A stretch of DNA of 64,000 nucleotides from Rickettsiales bacterium (GTDB lineage Bacteria > Pseudomonadota > Alphaproteobacteria > Methylaequorales > Methylaequoraceae): NCBI GenBank assembly GCA_002689325.1, contig NZFP01000009.1, forward strand, positions 2,587-66,586, in the 5' to 3' direction. The notes under the pieces are model-generated. The model was not told where the DNA came from. It made no database searches and saw only the letters and a list, made by a program, of their open reading frames with translations. The translations under genes were made by a program, and so were the position numbers. This document shows positions 57,793 to 64,000 of this stretch, one piece after another. Each line of letters starts with the position of its first letter. Positions within the stretch are counted from its first letter, which is position 1.

Positions 57793-58674
57793 ATTTAGTC
57801 TTTCAGTTTTTTCTAAATCATTTTGACAATTAAAAAAATTAATCAAATCTGCGACATTTTTTTTTTTAACAAATTTTTTTTTTTCAAATCTACTAACTGG
57901 CATTACTTTTAAAACTGAATTTGTTAAAAACATCTGATCAAATTTTTTAATATCACTTAAGTTTATATTTTTAATGATTACTTTATCAAAAAAAAGCTTT
58001 GCATTATCTATTACAACTTGTCTCATTACTCCATTAATTCCTGAATCTATTATCGTAGGAGTAAAGAGTGTTTTTTTTTGAACAAAAAAGATATTAGTCA
58101 TCGTTCCTTCTAAAATATTTTTTTTTGAATCAACAAAAACTCCTTCGAAAATTTTTTCATCCTCCCACTCTGACCTTGCAAGAACTGAATCAAGCCGATT
58201 TAAATGTTTAAAACCAAACAAATTTGTATTTTTTGATAAATGTGTTTTGCAAATTTTTACTGTAACGCCTGATTTAAAATACTTTTTTTCTATTTTTGGC
58301 TTTTGTAAAGAAAGGAATATAATTGTGGGAGACATATTTTTTTCAAATTTGTAACCTCTTCCACCTACTCCTCTGGTAATAATCATCTTCAGTAATCCCG
58401 ATTTTTTTCGTTTCAAAGAAGCTTTCAAAAGCTTGTTTCGTTGTCTAATAATTTCATCATTAGTTGGGAAATTAATCTGCATTAACCTACAACCATCTTT
58501 TATTCTTTCTAAATGTCTAAGCCAGAATTCAACACCAACATTAATTTTATTTTTATCTTTAAAACTATCCCATAACATAGTTTCAAAAAAACCATCACCA
58601 TAAGCTAATCCTCTATCATAAACTGAAATAGAGTCTTTAAATTTACCGTTTATTAGAGAAAGGTTTTTACTCAT
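57751..58674 (-). CDS. pabC: Aminodeoxychorismate lyase
   Basis: DRGLAYGDGFFET, KHLNRL, EGTMTNIFF, LTNS. Confidence 0.88.
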   Translation of the reverse strand: MSKNLSLINGKFKDSISVYDRGLAYGDGFFETMLWDSFKDKNKINVGVEFWLRHLERIKDGCRLMQINFPTNDEIIRQRNKLLKASLKRKKSGLLKMIITRGVGGRGYKFEKNMSPTIIFLSLQKPKIEKKYFKSGVTVKICKTHLSKNTNLFGFKHLNRLDSVLARSEWEDEKIFEGVFVDSKKNILEGTMTNIFFVQKKTLFTPTIIDSGINGVMRQVVIDNAKLFFDKVIIKNINLSDIKKFDQMFLTNSVLKVMPVSRFEKKKFVKKKNVADLINFFNCQNDLEKTERLNLIYLKFFKNIFFF

Positions 58675-60095
58675 TTACTGAAGGATCCAAGAGCCTTCAA
58701 CATTCCATTTGCCTTAGCCTCAGTCTCAATTGTTTCGTTCTCAGGAATGGAATCAGCAACAATTCCACCCCCAGCTCTAAAGTAGAGAAATTCTTTTTCT
58801 TTAAGCATTGATCTTATCAAAATATTTAAATCCATATCTCCAGAATGAGTAACATATCCTAGGGAACCAGTGTATGGTCCTCTACCTTCTCTTTCAAGTT
58901 CACCTAAAATTTGCATACATCTTACTTTGGGGCAACCAGTTATTGTTCCACCAGGAAATAAAGAACGAATAATTTCTCCTGGAGAGATACCATCTATTTT
59001 TAAACCACAAATATTTGAGACTATATGGTGTACGTGTGCATACGACTCTATCGTCATCATTTCATTTACCTCAACAGTTCCTGGTTTACAAACTTTTGAA
59101 ATATCATTTCTTTCAAGATCAACAAGCATAAGATGTTCTGCTTTTTCTTTATCTGAGTTTATTAGTTCCATTGATAATTCTACATCCTGTAACCCTGAAC
59201 TACCTCTTGGCCTAGTCCCAGCAATTGGTCTAGTCTCTAAATACTCTCCGTTCACTGAAACAAGCCTCTCTGGTGAGGAGCATATTATATTACTTCCTTT
59301 ATAATTTATTAGACCTGCAAAAGGAGATGGGTTTTTATTTCTAAGTTGCTTGTAAATTTCTACTTCATCAATTTTTTTGTCAATTTGAAATTTCCACAAC
59401 CTAGATAAGTTTGCTTGAAATATCTCTCCCTGAAAAATATAATCTATGCACTTTCTAACTTGCTCCTGGTGCTCATATTCACTTCCTTTTCTTAGAATCG
59501 TAATTGTCCCAAATAGTTTTGTGCTTTCATCAAGTATTTTCGTAAAATCCTCTTCTATCTCCAAAATATCATCATTAAAAGAATCTTTATCATCTGAGGT
59601 AATTAAAATCTCATTATCAACATGATCAAATATAATTGCGGTATTGACTCGGCTTGCAAAAGCAGTTGGAAGTTTAAAAGGAGATTCTGGGATATTCAAT
59701 TTAGTTTCAATTTCCTCAACAAGCTCGTATCCTAAATAGACAAACCATCCTCCACAAAATGGAATCTTTTTATTGTTGAAAAAAAGATCATTTTGATTAA
59801 TTTTTTCTCTCTTCCAAATTTCATCAAATTCATCTAAAAAACTATTTTTGTCTTCTTTATTTTTTTGAAGTAAAATTTTTGGTTTAAAAAAAAGAACGGA
59901 AAATCTATTTTTTTTGTTTCCCCTAGATGAACTTTCAAGAAAATAAGGATATTTAGTAATATTTATTGATTGAAGGTTTAGTAAATCAAATTTTTTTTGG
60001 TCAAGTTTATAATACTTTCCAACCCAACCATCTCCTTTTACTGTACTTCCGATAAACTTCATTGACTTTTTGAATTTAATTTTTATATCATACAA
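58671..60095 (-). CDS. pabB: Aminodeoxychorismate synthase component I
   Basis: SSPERL, RPIAGTRPR, AEHLMLVDLERND, FPGGTITGCPK; adjacent to pabC. Confidence 0.85.
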   Translation of the reverse strand: MYDIKIKFKKSMKFIGSTVKGDGWVGKYYKLDQKKFDLLNLQSINITKYPYFLESSSRGNKKNRFSVLFFKPKILLQKNKEDKNSFLDEFDEIWKREKINQNDLFFNNKKIPFCGGWFVYLGYELVEEIETKLNIPESPFKLPTAFASRVNTAIIFDHVDNEILITSDDKDSFNDDILEIEEDFTKILDESTKLFGTITILRKGSEYEHQEQVRKCIDYIFQGEIFQANLSRLWKFQIDKKIDEVEIYKQLRNKNPSPFAGLINYKGSNIICSSPERLVSVNGEYLETRPIAGTRPRGSSGLQDVELSMELINSDKEKAEHLMLVDLERNDISKVCKPGTVEVNEMMTIESYAHVHHIVSNICGLKIDGISPGEIIRSLFPGGTITGCPKVRCMQILGELEREGRGPYTGSLGYVTHSGDMDLNILIRSMLKEKEFLYFRAGGGIVADSIPENETIETEAKANGMLKALGSFSK

Positions 60096-60111
60096 TTTAA
60101 GGTATTAAAAT

Positions 60112-61392
60112 ATGTATCATACAGTAGTAATTGGAGGAGGTTGTTTAGGTGCTGCCACAGCTATATCTCTTCAAAAAAAATTAAATAAGATAGGTAAGGG
60201 CGAAAAGGTTTGTTTAATTGAAAAAGCAGTACTTTGTGCTGCTGAATCATCTAGACATTCAGGAATTGTCAGATCTGCTAATGCAGATCCTGATGCTTCA
60301 ATGATGGCTTCAATCAGTACTAAAATGTGGAAAAACATTAAAGACCATTGGGGTATTGATATGGAAGTTGATGAGTTTGGTGCAATTTGGATCGCAAAAA
60401 AAAATTCTGATGGAGATAACCCTGCTTGGACAGATTTATCTAAAAGAATGGAAAAAATTGATCTTGTTTTTGAGGAAATTGATCCCCAGTCAGCCATCCA
60501 AAAATGTGGAACTACCCTAATTACAGATAATGATGAGTCTTACTATTATGAACCAGCTGCATTCCAGTTAGATCCAAGTATACTCAGAACTGCCCTTTAC
60601 GAAGCTATAGAAGAAAATGGTGTTGAACTTTTTGAAAAAACTGAAGTTGAAACCATCGTAGCTAATGGTAACTCTATTCAATCATGTTTAACAAATAATG
60701 GCAAATTTGACGCTAAACATTTTGTAAATGCAACTGGTGCTTGGAGCTCTCAGCTTTTCACAAAACTCGGTTTAAAAATTCCTGTAACGATTGAACCTGT
60801 TTCAGTTGTTAACTGGATGGAAAGTCCAAAGCAAATCAAATATGAGTATCCGATAATCGCGGACTATACTAATCTTTGCTACTTTAGATCCTGGAGAGGT
60901 AATAAAATGCATGCCCACCAACCGAGAAAAAGGTCTGTTTATGAAATTGCTAAAAATTTTATAAATGATCTTACTGCCGTTAATGGAGGTGAGTACTTGA
61001 ATGAACCAATGAATCAATCATTAGCCTATAACCAAATAAAAAATTATGAAGACATTTCAAAAAAAAGGTTTTCAAACATTGATAAAACAGTTTATGCATC
61101 AGGCTATAGATCATTTTTCGACATTACACCCGACCTAAGATTTATTTTAGGTAAAGACTCAAAGATAAATAATCTTTTTCATAACTTAGGTTCTGGTCAA
61201 GCAATGAAATACACCCCCATACTTGGTGAAGCACTTGCTGAAGATATAATAGGTGAAGAAAACGTATTAAAAAAATTTGATTACCAAAAATTCAACATTA
61301 ATAGATTTGGTGATGATTATTTGAAGGAATTTTGGAACCTTGTTAATGGTGAAGAAAATACACTTCATAGACAAGGTAAGAATACTCTTTAA
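60112..61392 (+). CDS. FAD-dependent oxidoreductase (DAO/sarcosine oxidase-like)
   Basis: VVIGGGCLG, NATGAWS, FDITPD. Confidence 0.85.
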   Translation: MYHTVVIGGGCLGAATAISLQKKLNKIGKGEKVCLIEKAVLCAAESSRHSGIVRSANADPDASMMASISTKMWKNIKDHWGIDMEVDEFGAIWIAKKNSDGDNPAWTDLSKRMEKIDLVFEEIDPQSAIQKCGTTLITDNDESYYYEPAAFQLDPSILRTALYEAIEENGVELFEKTEVETIVANGNSIQSCLTNNGKFDAKHFVNATGAWSSQLFTKLGLKIPVTIEPVSVVNWMESPKQIKYEYPIIADYTNLCYFRSWRGNKMHAHQPRKRSVYEIAKNFINDLTAVNGGEYLNEPMNQSLAYNQIKNYEDISKKRFSNIDKTVYASGYRSFFDITPDLRFILGKDSKINNLFHNLGSGQAMKYTPILGEALAEDIIGEENVLKKFDYQKFNINRFGDDYLKEFWNLVNGEENTLHRQGKNTL

Positions 61393-61796
61393 TCATCATT
61401 TTCAGTCGAGAGTGATGTCATTACATTTAAACTTCTCCAAAAATCCTCACTCTTTATATTTATATCATTTAAGCGTATTAAAAGACTTCTTAAAATAGCT
61501 CTAACAACAGGATCAGCAGTTTTTATTTTTTCTTTTAAGGTTTTTTCGCTGATTGGGTATAAAATACAATTCGTTGCAGCCTCGGCAGTAATTGACCTAG
61601 ATTCATCCAATGAGGGTCCACGCTCTCCAAAAATTTCTCCTTCACCTACCTGCCCTAAAAGAAGTCCGCCTGGAGAATAAATATTTACCTTCCCAGCGTG
61701 TACGTAAAATGCAAAATCAGCCTTATCTCCTTTAACATAGATTTTTTTTCCTTTTGAAAACTTAACCTGATTTATACCAAATTTAGTTGATGACAT
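61389..61796 (-). CDS. Stand-alone cyclic-nucleotide-binding domain protein
   Basis: KGDKADFAFYVHAGKV, GEIFGE...RS.TA phosphate-binding cassette; no HTH. Confidence 0.85.
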   Translation of the reverse strand: MSSTKFGINQVKFSKGKKIYVKGDKADFAFYVHAGKVNIYSPGGLLLGQVGEGEIFGERGPSLDESRSITAEAATNCILYPISEKTLKEKIKTADPVVRAILRSLLIRLNDINIKSEDFWRSLNVMTSLSTENDD

Positions 61797-63170
61797 TTAC
61801 TTTACCCGCCGGTTAGAAATTCTGTTTAAATATCTATTAGAAAATTTTATTTTTCTAGAAAAAATATTACTAAAAAAAGGTTTGCTTTTAAAGTTATAAC
61901 TATCACAAGGATAGGATTTTAAATCCTTCTTAGATGAGCCAAGTTCTTTTTCTAAAACTTCATCTAATGTTTTTAAGATGTTTTGTTGAAAATTAGTTGG
62001 AAAGTAAATTTTTTCTTGAACCAAAAAAACTGGTATTTTAGCTGGCACAGTTTCCTTCAGAAGTCTAAAGAAAACATTAGCTAGGAATGACTCCCAATTA
62101 ATTCGATTACCTTTAAAAAAATAACTGCTGATTTCATGGTTTTTTTTAAGAAAAATACTGATCATTTTCTTTATATCACTGGTATGAATATTTTTATTTA
62201 CAAAAAAATTTCCTTTTTCCAGACATAAAGACTTAATTAGCGATTCATAACTTTTAAGTTTTAGACCTTTAGAAATAATTTTACATTTTTGGGTATAACT
62301 AAAGTCATCTGAAATCTTTAACCTTTTTAATTGAATTTCTTTTATGTTAAATTGTTTTAACAAATAGTTCTCAAAAAAATCATTCAAATCAACATAAGAC
62401 GTAGGATTATTATTAATTAAAAACTTTTCTTGGTAAATACTGGTTAAGCTTATATCGAGGTTATTCCACCAACAACCCTGGAATTTCTCAACATTATAAG
62501 AATCTTTTTTAAACAATATGTTTGCCTGCGACCCAGTCTCAGATATTGTAACTTTTCTTTTGTCACATCTTACGAAAAATTTATTTTCATAAGTTGGAAC
62601 ATCAATTACACTTATGGAAAGAAGATTATTATATCCAACTAAGATTTCTCTAATCTCATGTGTCTTAAAATTATCCTTATACTCAACTTTATTGTTCAAT
62701 TCGTCTCTCATAATGACAAATTCTCTTTGGGGATGGTTAATCTTTTTATCAACAAATTGAAGAGACTCTTCAAAGTAATTTCTTAGTTCCTTTGATGCTC
62801 TAATTCTTGTTAACCTACTTTTTTTTGTTGTTCTATCAAAGAAACCAGGAAAAAAATCAATTAATTTAATTTTTTTTAAAAAGTTTACTGCATTGATCGT
62901 ATAAGAAGAAATATTATTTGGGTTATATCTTGATTTGGAATTATAACCTCTTTTTGACATTGATAAACTTAAAAATTGTTCGCTAGATTCATGCCAGCAG
63001 TAAAAAAGTTCTATTAATAACAACTTCAGGTGTTTTTCTAATAAAATGTTTTTCTCTTTCAAAGAAACAATATTACCTAATAAGCTCTTCGCTTTTTTAA
63101 GATCCAAATTTTTTTGAATATCAAGTGGCCTACTAAAATTAAAATCTATTTGATCATTCACATTATTCAT
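61797..63170 (-). CDS. Hypothetical protein, probably a degenerate family-A-polymerase-like protein of mobile-element type
   Basis: SRYNP..IS, SRLTRIRA, YNNLL, FQGCWWNN, INNNPTSYVD and IPVFLVQEK occur in the order recalled for that family. Confidence 0.5.
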   Translation of the reverse strand: MNNVNDQIDFNFSRPLDIQKNLDLKKAKSLLGNIVSLKEKNILLEKHLKLLLIELFYCWHESSEQFLSLSMSKRGYNSKSRYNPNNISSYTINAVNFLKKIKLIDFFPGFFDRTTKKSRLTRIRASKELRNYFEESLQFVDKKINHPQREFVIMRDELNNKVEYKDNFKTHEIREILVGYNNLLSISVIDVPTYENKFFVRCDKRKVTISETGSQANILFKKDSYNVEKFQGCWWNNLDISLTSIYQEKFLINNNPTSYVDLNDFFENYLLKQFNIKEIQLKRLKISDDFSYTQKCKIISKGLKLKSYESLIKSLCLEKGNFFVNKNIHTSDIKKMISIFLKKNHEISSYFFKGNRINWESFLANVFFRLLKETVPAKIPVFLVQEKIYFPTNFQQNILKTLDEVLEKELGSSKKDLKSYPCDSYNFKSKPFFSNIFSRKIKFSNRYLNRISNRRVK

Positions 63171-63189
63171 ATTATAAAATTTCCAGATT

Positions 63190-63477
63190 ATGTACTTTAT
63201 AGATTTTTTTGCTTACATTGTTTTTCAAATTCTTCAAATATATAAATATGCAGTAATAATTTATGTAATTATCAGTATGCTTATCTCATTTAATGTTATC
63301 AATTACAATAATTCTTTAGTTTCAATTATAATGGATTTTTTATATAGATTGACAGAGCCATTATTAAAAATTATAAGGAGGTTTTTACCTAGTTTTGGAG
63401 CGATTGATTTGTCTCCGGTCCTACTTATAATTATAATTGAGGCTACTCAGTACGTTATGACTAAATATGGATTTTAA
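63190..63477 (+). CDS. yggT: YggT family membrane protein
   Basis: LYRLTEPLL..IRR.LP..G.IDLSP. Confidence 0.92.
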   Translation: MYFIDFFAYIVFQILQIYKYAVIIYVIISMLISFNVINYNNSLVSIIMDFLYRLTEPLLKIIRRFLPSFGAIDLSPVLLIIIIEATQYVMTKYGF

Positions 63478-63479
63478 AT

Positions 63480-64000
63480 ATGAATGATAATAAAATTATT
63501 GATGGAAAATTAATATCTAATCAAATTAGAGAAAAAATCAAATTTTTTGGAGAAAAATTAATTGACAAAACTGGAAAAAAACCAGGACTTGCAGTAGTAC
63601 TTGTTGGAGAAACCCCAGCCAGTAAAGTTTATGTAAAAAACAAAATCGAAAAAACAAATGAGGTTGGTTTTAACTCCATAGAACATAGACTTGATGAAAA
63701 TGTTTCTGAAGAAAAATTATTGGAACTTGTCAACAATTTAAACAACGATTCAAGTGTTCAAGGAGTTTTAGTTCAACTTCCTCTACCAACCCATATTGAT
63801 TCTGATAAAGTTTTAGATGCAATCATTCCTGTTAAAGATGTTGATGGATTTCATGCAGAAAATGTTGGAAAACTCTGGTCAGGTCTAAGTTCTCTCGTAC
63901 CATGTACTCCTCTTGGATGCTCAATACTTCTTAAAAAACTTAACCCAGATTTATCTGGAAAAAACGCAGTTATTATCGGGAGATCAAATATTGTAGGAAA
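63480..64000 (+). CDS. folD: Bifunctional methylene-THF dehydrogenase/cyclohydrolase (partial, runs off window end)
   Basis: IIDGK, PGLAVVLVGENPASKVYV, VQLPLP, KDVDGFH, PCTPLG, VIIGRSNIVG. Confidence 0.95.
   Translation, partial: MNDNKIIDGKLISNQIREKIKFFGEKLIDKTGKKPGLAVVLVGETPASKVYVKNKIEKTNEVGFNSIEHRLDENVSEEKLLELVNNLNNDSSVQGVLVQLPLPTHIDSDKVLDAIIPVKDVDGFHAENVGKLWSGLSSLVPCTPLGCSILLKKLNPDLSGKNAVIIGRSNIVG

Noticed and set aside
1..64000. CRISPR array, IS/transposase, integrase, prophage or rRNA
   Set aside because: No regularly spaced repeats or recognisable genes of these types were found by reading.

Overview
This is an AT-rich bacterial chromosome segment (roughly 25-30% GC by eye, standard genetic code). 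The core gene order (M48 protease/carD/fdxA/SUV3-like helicase, acnA divergent from ccm) points to a streamlined marine-type alphaproteobacterium; that placement is inference. The left half (1-34 kb) is accessory. It holds an 8.4-kb cluster for an uncharacterised proton-motor envelope system: an ExbB/TolQ channel, two ExbD-like anchored vWA proteins, a PEGA/FGE-fold protein, a PEGA/helical protein, a glycine-zipper lipoprotein, and a 43-aa secreted peptide missing from the ORF track. Next come cassettes bounded by decayed 3' halves of tRNA-Leu(CAA) (ybbAP/tesA; fliB), then a scrambled surface-glycan island with glycosyltransferases, four FkbM-type methyltransferases, sugar-pathway enzymes, a B12 radical SAM enzyme, pseudogene scars and a 240-bp duplication. 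The right half (34-64 kb) is mostly core: gltBD, gmhA, tRNA-Arg(CCT), two pagL-like genes, carD, fdxA, acnA, ccmA-I, pabBC, yggT and folD. It also has a small CDGSH-like ORF missing from the track and an apparently catalytically dead family-A-polymerase-like gene coupled to a cNMP-binding protein. Three genes are split by +1 poly(A) frameshifts. No CRISPR array, rRNA, transposase or integrase was seen.
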